Source: a virus
Taxonomy: Duplodnaviria > Caudoviricetes
Virus record (IMG/VR): IMGVR_UViG_3300012953_000167
Coordinates: 1-27,848 of that record
Direction: 5' to 3' (one strand)
Length of the DNA stretch: 27,848 nucleotides
Numbering within the stretch: position 1 is the first letter of the stretch; every line of letters starts with the position of its first letter. Both the position numbers and the translations under genes were made by a program. Positions 23,401 to 27,848 of this stretch are shown in pieces. The notes below the pieces were generated by a model that saw only the letters and a list, made by a program, of their open reading frames with translations, had not been told where the DNA came from and did not search any database.

Positions 23401-24644
23401 ACTTTACTATCAGTATCAATATTAGATAATACTGAGGTAAATCTTAATACTACTTTTTTATTAATATCACCATGTTCATATCCATAATAAAATACATTAG
23501 ATCTTATATTATCAATTGGAGATATGATAGATGATGAAGTTTCCCATTGACATCCTAGAAATTGATTTAATGTTTTATCTGTATATGATATAGTATTAAT
23601 TCCAGAAATAATAGTTCCACTTGTACTAAACCCAACTGTAGAATCAACAGTAATAACAGATGAACCTATAGAAACAGACTCTAATGATTTTGTATTTGAT
23701 ATAACATCAAAATCACTAACTTCAGTTACTTCATCATATCCAACAAATAAACCAATCCTATAATAAGTAGTAACACCAACACTACCTGTATTATACCTTT
23801 CAAAAGGTTCTATTTCTGATATTGAAGTATTAATATCTTCATTAAGGTCACTCTTAAATATCGTTTGTCCCTTTAGATTTAAAGGATTTCCTTCGATAAC
23901 CTCTGCTATAGCAATTTGTCTTCTGGTAAAATCAGCAAAAGAAGGTTTTATTAACTTATCCTCCAAATTTAAAACTTCAGGAGTAATTCCATATAGTGCA
24001 TTAAATAAAATCCTAAACGATTCATTAGTACCTTTAGTTTGATATAAAGATTTTGATTCTTTTATGAAAGATCCAATATTAATATCTTTATCTAAATCTG
24101 TATTCTCTAATCCTGGTACAAATGTGTATTTTGTCTTATTATAAAACTCCTTTAAAAATAAAGAACTTAAATTTTGTATATAACTATTTGCTATATGAGA
24201 ACTTGTAGAACTAGTACTAAATACCAATTCTTCTTTATTTAATTCTTGATGATAACTCGTAATACCACAAAAACCTCTTTTACATCCAATAAACGTATTT
24301 GTAGTTACTCCTGTGTATGTAATAATTTCATCATCTATTTTTAAAATACCATATTCTTTTGGAAATCCTTTTGTATTATTAACAGTAATAATACCCACTG
24401 TAGAATCTATGTCATAAGATAATGTCGTAGAATCTACAACAACATCTGGTGTTAAATTATCTAAATTTAAATATTGATCAAGATTTTCAGCAATATCAAT
24501 TGGACCACCTTGATATTCTTGTGAAATATAATATTGTTTTAAAAATTCTACTGTCTTTGGACTTTCTTCCAAAACATAATCTGGAAGTTGATTAGATACT
24601 ATATCCTGTATCTTTACCCTACTTTCAATTCCTGTTTTTATCAT
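11463..24644 (-). CDS. gp7: Giant baseplate wedge initiator gp7 with many inserted modules
   Basis: Uninterrupted 4393-aa ORF between gp6 and gp8. It has the gp7-type motifs LYQTKGTNESFRILFNALYG (~aa 200) and YYQNLSYSIKS...VNNLLHTSGLKNF (~aa 2390-2425). Oversized gp7 genes are a known cyanophage trait. Confidence 0.88.
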   Translation of the reverse strand: MIKTGIESRVKIQDIVSNQLPDYVLEESPKTVEFLKQYYISQEYQGGPIDIAENLDQYLNLDNLTPDVVVDSTTLSYDIDSTVGIITVNNTKGFPKEYGILKIDDEIITYTGVTTNTFIGCKRGFCGITSYHQELNKEELVFSTSSTSSHIANSYIQNLSSLFLKEFYNKTKYTFVPGLENTDLDKDINIGSFIKESKSLYQTKGTNESFRILFNALYGITPEVLNLEDKLIKPSFADFTRRQIAIAEVIEGNPLNLKGQTIFKSDLNEDINTSISEIEPFERYNTGSVGVTTYYRIGLFVGYDEVTEVSDFDVISNTKSLESVSIGSSVITVDSTVGFSTSGTIISGINTISYTDKTLNQFLGCQWETSSSIISPIDNIRSNVFYYGYEHGDINKKVVLRFTSVLSNIDTDSKVNVSEKDIISVKYIGDKVLNPDKNRSYKEIFANSWVYNTSSTYFIKEFSPIKLESKIDKSSLKKGDYVEITERETNNIVYPLPGDNKPYVKDINLVDNTVTLEGFTNFSPGSSTKYNLRRKINKANSLYVPLEYGNDNITSDVQNVYFDDNFGYVASNSLPSYRLDKDQNVFPFTEQINVNTKRIVFNNSGIGQTLGFLTSRVDDRYSVINFGAVSPFKLGDRIYYNPKGSPMIGLETGTYYVKPGDLDREIQLMGSNAGIDDNKYLTFNLPPTGDNSHEFILYSQKSNIISPQKLFKKFSLESPSLTGSGQTTTPGGVGMLINGVEISNYKTTDKIYYGPLKSVDVLNPGNNFDVINPPNLSVSASNGTTALVQPVIGGKISKVYVDSQDFDIDSVVSIGITGGNGSGCVLEPIIGTRSREVLFNAKPTTQGGGINTVSEQIVFLTDHEFYNGEEITYDSNLNSGVGVGLGTSKLINNAVYYPLISNNRTIKLFNTFSDYSAGINTINFNGTDSSGIHKFKVNARKTLTEVKVLNGGENYTNRKLFVKPSGISIEYNNITFENHGFSDGELIDYSSTGNIITGLTTTNQYKIVKIDDNIFKLTDAGIGGTITSNFTRKNYVEFNSIGSGYHNFEYPPIKSYVKFTSVGIGTTSIEVTPVVKGNIKQVYLYESGSGYGSTITNVQENPIITVKTGKESILKPVIINGQISSVNIEFGGVEYYSTPDLSIIDNMGSGAELYAVVENQTIVDVKITNPGIGYSTSASILVTSSGINQSFNTKIRSLTVNKVKQFGSNILEDKNNKLKYSIAGYGITIFSSSDSGNPPAGNATTPSGIIGWAYDGNPIYGPYGYQNPYEDPSNLSQNYQLKKLEPSYTPNITNVTDRPTGFELGYFIEDYQYDGSKDLDLYNGRYEINKDFPNGIYAYHASIGSDNNPVFPYFIGDKYRSNLIPENIEERNQLSIDFNKLNVFRNTFPYKVSDIKANNDFLTETNSLFNQEIEIESVSSGSIDGIGILNSGLNYKVDDILNFDNSNTDGEGLIAKVFSVEGKPINTIETNIEENDSTIFTWSENKIKGFILPRNNLSNNDTVVISKLTTDIGKLKSSYKIGITSSTGTNISTIKGSPSAGFTTEIYVSRIPNDVSIGSSIGIGTETLKILNIFDKLNILRVKRDSFSFANSYEEGTEISFIPDSFTIDEEFPYFESKVNEGIYFNPIKSVGIGTTPGTEYPISFEFAGNTIQRNVPVQQLYIENHPFKTNQKIKLVIPNGSSNINISTDRSNVLFTLPTTLYAVNKSINTIGIKTGIGVSFNEVYFRSFVSNSLANNDEYFLESDYDQVKGNVDRIKSTISLTTSSGLTNSDVISLEIKPNISVGIGTSSSILVKRNPETGFIMINPISFNNTSVETNKLNLPDHKLKTGEKVFYEGNATGLSTGSYFVYKVDEDSIRLGDTLSDVNGSILNTVSITTNTGASQSLSLINPQISSIKNNNLVFDLSDSSMTGYNFNLYSDIKFNNKFVSTGSTTNLSISNVGTSLTVRYSTNLPNPLYYNIEKSGFISTSDKDVLNYSEIVFDNSDYNGDYVVSGVTTNTFDIFLEKVPENLNYNKTQCEKIEYSSQSKTINGGIKNINVISGGYGYKKVPVFSGVGTESFGKDASLVPTSSSIGNINKIRVINDTYEYSSDNTLQPEAFISPLIEIKNFSTIGITSVIDGGSGYLIDPIIIIVNSVTGEIINSGYLKPNLIEGSISSLDIEEYPVGLPENTIKLQAVNNTNGITIVKVDSHSGAAFTCTITTPNLGFNINPFNVGDKVYIEGIGKNSSNGTGFNSADYNYQLLTVSNYDDSGTLDKVTIDVSDLTSNTGIADTIPANYASIISESRYPRFFVEQKESEFDIGEKISINGKLSDISIVESTSNIIKISGYDDILVGNKLVGESSGVTAEVFKISNNNAKFKTGFSLLKDFGWNNTVGKLDDDSQVVPNNDYYQNLSYSIKSSINWNELKTPVNNLLHTSGLKNFADVGIVSTTNVGIGSSSSLTVIYDVIGEKRVDVIKSIDLVTDSDVVGDTSRFIDFENLRLSDYINCISNEVLIVDNINSEFSNLDSKTTESLDITQFGSSNLYENYIIVSKSVGIGNQELQLTELVVLSTGTDNILLQKSNIINKQTSLSSDKFASYDLYQNPITQENFLRFNPIDTFNKDYDLKILSSKYNSNILGIGTFVIGPISLISTIALATSGITTTLVTVPTNDIGSIHATTQIIDTITNEINFVETYVTHNSYDTFSSEYYVDNNQISSNRIGNITSTINNNNLLLQYTNNTANSVKIKTKVVGFGLTTTSNSDYRFLSDTQPSGAERSVIYQGQSRSGIGSTSIAVLEKSVFDSVKSIVEVTKGSSKAVHEVLTLNDGTNLYVQQSQLLSLNSGSTSEYDPAIGFGSFGASYSGSDFILSFYPDDTSSIFDVIVLNQCMYTQIDLINDPLPFNYGKSVDDVDILQYNGPGGNRINKTDFELQSNSIPIFGKSFNPNSNDVNLSTGLFTLEQHNFKVDEEISYNEGSSFIGVGATPMMYKNGAITDILPSKVYVKSVPNGNTFNISTTRSGAAVTFVSVGSGNLHEFSMTNSNSKSLIAIDNVAQYPISETNIVHTLKYNTSIGDTSAFLSLSGISSIGADDLLKVDDEYLEVVNVGLGTTPTGPITSGIGTYNLVKVNRGVVGSIATTHTNNTQVRLYGGSYNIVRKNIHFTKPPRGNQSGIQLDGTEYPKSDFHGRVHLRNDYSTNSIYDDISKQFDGVTSTFTLTVGGANTTGIGNSGGNGILFVNGIFQNPTTDSHPDNNFKIIENAGISSVVFSGITSINGTQIISQSDTNLNQLPRGGVPISIGNSNGLGYAELAGAKVMPVLGGSGTITDVIGVSTQGPALAITTALYDNVSGIVTITTVEPHQFVFGNQNTETVKLVGLHFTCPSNSGVTTNFFPSGKYGDKFSLVSVASTNTFSVQVGTTTIPHTYNGQGNVYAWYDDLTYGSGYNNIVSIDVKVVDAGFKHKFVSADNNAINKVSGGQFTPTAADYDPVSGIMTVTSVGHGLETTNQINFDNLSLKFKCSKDGYQTIHEYPRPSDPSYGLNLQVTKVNDDIFTVNVGSSVGSGAIITATPIGSNTHQFVSATTDSIEIVTGSGSGSNLRPQTGTSYKPETGKLEITTNTPHGLVNGDTIKFKNNSIVFACEQDDYKTNHSYPRGGLEHKFVSATSTAINNSLQPVNAVYSGDTGYLILTFASAHGISDGALISIADNSLTMTCDRDAHATEHTYPRSTDPISVGGGSTVVSNATANSGKDLTVYVGRSGLSDPIAGITTAITKIDNDQFYVHVGKSTNHGGGALKFNISNAGYAYKNPQIFVSEPSYKNLSVKGVSRRGIGSTTETGIGLLVDAIIDGPTSNEFELDYSQIREYKISRSGYSFREGDIIEPVGLVTDRRLISLKEKATIEIERVYNDKFSMWQFGEFDYIDSIKSYQNGENTKFPLYYDGKLVSFESDKSFDGNLANVFLIVINGVIQEPEIAYEFTGGTSIAFALPPTEDDIIDIFFYKGTDGIDCAVKTGQKTIIEPGDEIQILRNPSNSATIDQDKRTVLSLDTSKKLETNIYSGKGIDEINPKPINLIRQKVDKIINQNFSSKKRVNLEPLIFPTCKIIKDFSTSSTEFYVDNAELFAYDGASKTFGGLIVSGNISEQASATATILNGEVDSVTMTNNGSNYTSTPTISFSAPPNILDDNGVGIGITATATLSMSNGTISFGTLTNTGLGYTIAPKVIISSPDVSYEIMSDTSIPTATSTSGDIIGIGTTMSGSNLSIKFTITNNSSFDPISVGNPIYINNTGIGDGLTSTDGVDSNIVGVGTTFIDNIYVVKEFTYTGNAPNTMTGIVTCTIKSDTNIIGLSTSGDVNNPVGKYSCGKISGFTRNNSPISIGVTGRIVSGLSTYPTLQRRSGSDTFEETGAITTPI
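13330..14690 (-). repeat. Protein-level tandem repeat (3 clear + 1 degenerate, ~80-115 aa) within gp7
   Basis: HKFVSA / HQFVSA / HKFVSA starts, each followed by Y-x-x-x-[ST]-G, HG[LI] and [FM]-x-C-x-x-D-x-[YH]-x-T-x-H-x-YPR (FKCSKDGYQTIHEYPR, FACEQDDYKTNHSYPR, MTCDRDAHATEHTYPR). The degenerate upstream copy reads YDNVSG...HQF...FTCP. Boundaries are approximate. Confidence 0.85.
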
Positions 24645-24645
24645 A

Positions 24646-26571
24646 TTACGCTCTTGTTATTGATCCGTTAGAATAGCTTGATGTATAGAAATCTCTAGTA
24701 AATTGTACACCGGAAACCTCATCTCCTGATGATATTACATCTCTAACCATATTTATTTTACTTTGAGATATGGCAAAACTCAAATAAAGATCTTTCAATC
24801 CAACAACATCATTTGATTCTGGAAATGCCTGTATTTCTATAACATCATTTGGTTTACTTGTTTTTATTATATTTACTGTTGATAATAATATTTCACCCTT
24901 TTCATAATCTACGGTACCAGCAGAGGCAACAGCAACATTCATTATACCATCAATTATTTTAACAATTGATAAAACACCTGTCTTACGGTCTTCATTTGGC
25001 ACATCAGTTATGAAAACTTCTGAACTCTCATTCATAATATTGAATCCAGTAGATTTTATATTAAACCCTTTAGTATCAACATGGAATTTATTACCAAAAC
25101 ACAATTCATATTGTGCATAAGAGTTAAGTGAAGCTTTTAAATCCCTCCTTATAGTTACTTTAGTAATATTAGAGGTAATCGCAGTATTAGTATCATCAAT
25201 AACTTGTAACACTTTACTATACTTAAATCTACCACCAAATTTATTAAGATTTATTGATTGTGAATAACTAGTTAAAGAATCAATAACAGAACTTTTTAGT
25301 CCTTCTGGAGTTGATATAAATGAATCATTATAATAAACACTAGTATCAATCTCAACATACAATATTTTAAGATCTACTATTTTTTGGTTTATACCAGATA
25401 CACTATATTGTTTTAGTTGTGATAAAATTCTAGATTTAGAAAAATCTGATACAAAACTACCATTTGTTGGTTTAATACTAATACTAACAGTACCATATTC
25501 TGGTGGATCTAATTCTTCACCACCAATTATTGAAACAGAATCAGTATTAGGATATATCTTTTTGATTAAAGTTTCATAGTCTTTTGCAGTAACTGCTCTA
25601 TTTTGAGAGGAATATGTTAATGGTGAATAATATTTGATTGAGTTTAGTGATTCAATATCCGAACCATTTTGTGATTGTTCATTAGTTATTATATTTCCTA
25701 CAGTAAATGAAGTTACTGGTACTTGATTCTGATTTTGTATACTACCAGAAAATGTGAATATTCCTTCGGAACCTGTTTTACCACCTGCACCATTACCATC
25801 TTTACCATCAGTAACCATGTAATGGATAGTTATTATATCACCATCTGCATCAGATTCTGTTCCCAATTTTTTACCAAATATTCCATCACCAAATTTTAAT
25901 TCATATTTTTCATCCTGAATTTCTCTAATAAGATAAATTCTAGAATTACTATTTACATCAATTAAATCGTTGATTAAACTATATTTTAATCCCAATCCAC
26001 CATCACCAGAATTTTTTATGTAAACATTAATCTTAGAACTATCAATGAATGAATTATCTAATATAAATCTTTGATCAAGTGATCCATCATATTTAAATTC
26101 CTTTGATAGAAATATACCTTGATAAACACTAATATTATTAAATGTTGCTTCATCGTTAACAACATTTGCTGTTATCGATTCTGTAATTGAAAATGTATAT
26201 GATTCATCACTAATATTTCCTATACAAATTAATCCTGGTTGCAATGTAACCGTACTACAATTAGTCAACCCCGACAATGTAAATGTTATTTTTGCTTCTG
26301 ATGCAGTTCTTGACCTTGGAGTATAACCTATATTACTCGCCAGAGACACCACATTCTCCCTGAGAGTGGCAGAATCTAGGAATGACTCATTAACTACCAT
26401 ATTGGAGTTAAATGCTGTCAGATAGGTATTATATGCTAGGGTATCTATTAGTACCGAAAAGTTAGATCCATCAAAATCAAAATCCGTAAAATTGGAATTT
26501 GCTCTTAAATATTCCTTAATGGAAGTCTTTATTTGATCGTAGTCTAGATTTGTAAATTTAGTAAAAGGCAT
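24646..26571 (-). CDS. gp6: Baseplate wedge subunit gp6
   Basis: 641 aa with LDYDQIK, FTDFDFDGSNFSVLIDTLAYNT, ESFLDSATLRENVVSLA, FGDGIFGK, QNRAVTAKDY and GTVDYEKG, which are T4 gp6 / baseplate-J-type motifs. Confidence 0.95.
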   Translation of the reverse strand: MPFTKFTNLDYDQIKTSIKEYLRANSNFTDFDFDGSNFSVLIDTLAYNTYLTAFNSNMVVNESFLDSATLRENVVSLASNIGYTPRSRTASEAKITFTLSGLTNCSTVTLQPGLICIGNISDESYTFSITESITANVVNDEATFNNISVYQGIFLSKEFKYDGSLDQRFILDNSFIDSSKINVYIKNSGDGGLGLKYSLINDLIDVNSNSRIYLIREIQDEKYELKFGDGIFGKKLGTESDADGDIITIHYMVTDGKDGNGAGGKTGSEGIFTFSGSIQNQNQVPVTSFTVGNIITNEQSQNGSDIESLNSIKYYSPLTYSSQNRAVTAKDYETLIKKIYPNTDSVSIIGGEELDPPEYGTVSISIKPTNGSFVSDFSKSRILSQLKQYSVSGINQKIVDLKILYVEIDTSVYYNDSFISTPEGLKSSVIDSLTSYSQSINLNKFGGRFKYSKVLQVIDDTNTAITSNITKVTIRRDLKASLNSYAQYELCFGNKFHVDTKGFNIKSTGFNIMNESSEVFITDVPNEDRKTGVLSIVKIIDGIMNVAVASAGTVDYEKGEILLSTVNIIKTSKPNDVIEIQAFPESNDVVGLKDLYLSFAISQSKINMVRDVISSGDEVSGVQFTRDFYTSSYSNGSITRA

Positions 26572-26572
26572 T

Positions 26573-26974
26573 TTACCTTGTTGCCTCTAAAATGAAGGAG
26601 TATTCTTGTGTTGGAAACTCTTGACCGATAATGTCAAAAGAAACTGTTACTTCAAATTCATTATCATCTGGTGTTGGGTTAACTTCTACATTAAGATTGT
26701 CAACTCTAGGTTCAAAATTTTTAATCGAAGTTTCTATTTGATCCTGAATCAATGATGCAGTACCAAAATCAACAAAATCAAATAAACTTTTATATACATC
26801 AGACCCAAAAGAAGAATCAAAAAATTTCTCAGTCGGTATAGTTTGCACTATATTACGAACAGATCTACGAATTGCATTCTCATTCTTTAAAATTGGTAGA
26901 TCTTTTGTTACAGGATGTGGTTCAAAAGATAAACTAATGTCCTTGAATGATCTTGATATCTTCGTTATTTCCAT
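26573..26974 (-). CDS. gp25: Baseplate wedge / sheath-initiator protein gp25
   Basis: FKDISLSF-x-PHPVTKD...NENAIRRSVRNIV-x-T-xx-TEKFF-xx-x-FGS...LF...IKNFEPRV is the gp25/GPW family pattern. I prefer ATG 26974 (133 aa) to the track's TTG 26983, which lies only ~10 nt from the late promoter. Confidence 0.92.
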   Translation of the reverse strand: MEITKISRSFKDISLSFEPHPVTKDLPILKNENAIRRSVRNIVQTIPTEKFFDSSFGSDVYKSLFDFVDFGTASLIQDQIETSIKNFEPRVDNLNVEVNPTPDDNEFEVTVSFDIIGQEFPTQEYSFILEATR

Positions 26975-26990
26975 TAATAACAACAGTTTT

Positions 26991-27002
26991 TATTTATTTA
27001 TA
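26991..27002 (-). promoter_or_regulatory. T4-type late promoter TATAAATA with overlapping second ATAAATA
   Basis: Minus strand TATAAATAAATA, with the exact consensus at 27002-26995. It is 20 nt upstream of gp25 ATG 26974 and just downstream of a terminator. Confidence 0.85.
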
Positions 27003-27012
27003 CCCATTTCCC

Positions 27013-27040
27013 AATAAAAAAGTGCCTCTTTCGAGACACT
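27013..27040 (-). terminator. Rho-independent terminator
   Basis: Minus strand AGTGTCTC-GAAA-GAGGCACT-TTTTTATT: an 8-bp stem with one G-U pair, a GNRA tetraloop and a U tract, starting 4 nt after the stop of the 48-aa ORF. Confidence 0.9.
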
Positions 27041-27044
27041 GCGG

Positions 27045-27191
27045 TTATTTTCCTTGCCCTCTATACCTTTTTCGAGCCGAGTTACGGGACGTTGCCGAAT
27101 ATTTTGAGTGTTTTCCCCTTCCTTGACGAGACTTTTTCGGTCTTGCCTCTATGGTCTCTACACCATTCAATCCAACTCTTGCCTTTGCCAT
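27045..27191 (-). CDS. Small highly basic protein (48 aa; not in ORF track)
   Basis: MAKARVGLNGVETIEARPKKSRQGRGKHSKYSATSRNSARKRYRGQGK*. GGAGG at 27200-27196, TAATG coupling to the upstream ORF, and a terminator directly after. Resembles a small ...YRGQG[KR] protein I recall from T4-like cyanophages. Confidence 0.85.
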   Translation of the reverse strand: MAKARVGLNGVETIEARPKKSRQGRGKHSKYSATSRNSARKRYRGQGK

Positions 27192-27358
27192 TAGTCCTCC
27201 GTAGTAATAATAGTTTTTAGTTCATCTTGACTGGGATGCCCAGTTTGGTAAAATTCAATTGCATAATTTTGCATAATATCGAAGTATTCTCCCTCAGAGA
27301 GATTTGAGAATACTTCCTGTCCGTTTAATTCTATATTATATAACTCTCGTTTTTTCAT
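27191..27358 (-). CDS. Small acidic hypothetical protein (55 aa; not in ORF track)
   Basis: MKKRELYNIELNGQEVFSNLSEGEYFDIMQNYAIEFYQTGHPSQDELKTIITTED*. It fills the gap exactly, overlaps the upstream gene end by 23 nt, and its TAA overlaps the next ATG. Confidence 0.75.
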   Translation of the reverse strand: MKKRELYNIELNGQEVFSNLSEGEYFDIMQNYAIEFYQTGHPSQDELKTIITTED

Positions 27359-27848
27359 GTCCTACTCTTACTCTTGGATCGCACCATATCTCAAATCCTG
27401 CTTCCTTTGCATCTAAACAGAATGAAACGTCCTCTCCACACATATCCTGAACTTCTCCAGATTCGAATACTTGCATCTTAGGTGCAAACCATGGATAAGG
27501 TAATCCTTCGTGCTCAAATACACCATGTTTAATAAGTAACCATCCGAAACCTGTATAATCTACTGTAAATGGTTTGTTACGTTTGGATATACTATCGATA
27601 GTTTCGTGATTCATCACTCCACCATTATTACGAAAATCATCCTCTTCTAACCAATGTGCTACAGAAGTAGTCTTACCATCTTCGGTACAATACCAACCTG
27701 CTGCAATATCCTGATCCATTAAAATTAATTGCCAGAACTTCTCTGAGTTGAATACAATATCACTATCAATCCATAACTGATAATCATACTTCAACTTTCC
27801 ATCCCATGGAACCTGATTTGGTCCTCTGAGAACATTCGCACCAAGACA
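27336..27848 (-). CDS. GT-A fold (GT2-like) glycosyltransferase-like protein, 5' end outside window
   Basis: The frame is open to the window edge (CLGANVLRGPNQVPWDGKLKYDYQLWIDSDIVF...), so the track's start at 27794 is not the real start. It has a DxD motif (WIDSD), a TGFGWLLI strand, GEDVSFC (catalytic ED motif) and G-x-x-I-W-C-D-xxx-RVGH-x-K. Confidence 0.8.
   Translation of the reverse strand, partial: CLGANVLRGPNQVPWDGKLKYDYQLWIDSDIVFNSEKFWQLILMDQDIAAGWYCTEDGKTTSVAHWLEEDDFRNNGGVMNHETIDSISKRNKPFTVDYTGFGWLLIKHGVFEHEGLPYPWFAPKMQVFESGEVQDMCGEDVSFCLDAKEAGFEIWCDPRVRVGHEKTRVI

Noticed and set aside
2314-24644. Intein, intron or homing endonuclease as the explanation for the giant ORFs
   Set aside because: I saw no C/S...HN-[CST] splice signature with Hint motifs and no LAGLIDADG, HNH or GIY-YIG motifs. 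Structural repeats account for the length. An HMM scan would be definitive.
24646-26974. gp25-gp6 adjacency (unlike T4) as a novelty, or as a sign of a contractile injection system/T6SS
   Set aside because: gp25-gp6-gp7-gp8 is the usual order in T4-like cyanophages. The gp13/gp14 neck genes and T4 late promoters indicate a true phage.
26975-26983. TTG start for gp25 given in the ORF track
   Set aside because: It is too close to the late promoter to leave a leader. ATG 26974 gives a typical gp25 length.
27792-27794. Start of the 152-aa ORF at TTG 27794
   Set aside because: The frame stays open to the window edge, so this is an internal Leu codon.
1-27848. Alternative genetic code or stop-codon read-through
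   Set aside because: TAA, TGA and TAG all end genes at natural C-termini, and coding density is near complete under code 11.

Overview
AT-rich (roughly 27-30% GC by eye) late structural region of a T4-like marine cyanomyovirus, similar to P-SSM2/Kyanoviridae by recall; a Prochlorococcus-type host is only an inference from composition. All credible genes are on the minus strand and most are translationally coupled. In transcription order (right to left): a 5'-truncated GT-A-like glycosyltransferase, two small ORFs missed by the ORF track (acidic 55 aa, very basic 48 aa), a GAAA-tetraloop terminator, a TATAAATA late promoter, gp25, gp6, a giant 4393-aa gp7, a late promoter, gp8, a 2499-aa DUF4815/VrlC-like virion protein, a 68-aa coiled-coil protein, a late promoter, a 114-aa beta-sandwich protein, a 122-aa mini-fibre, gp13 and a truncated gp14. 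I saw no RNA genes, CRISPR arrays, mobile elements, inteins or stop-codon recoding. The gene set is largely typical for cyanophages. The best leads are hypotheses only: a pervasive G-[IVL]-x-[ST] motif in virion proteins next to a glycosyltransferase, nested domain insertion in gp7 (a split YHYH-like domain and Cys/His repeats), a neck-appendage cassette in place of T4 gp9-12/wac, and the acidic/basic microprotein pair.
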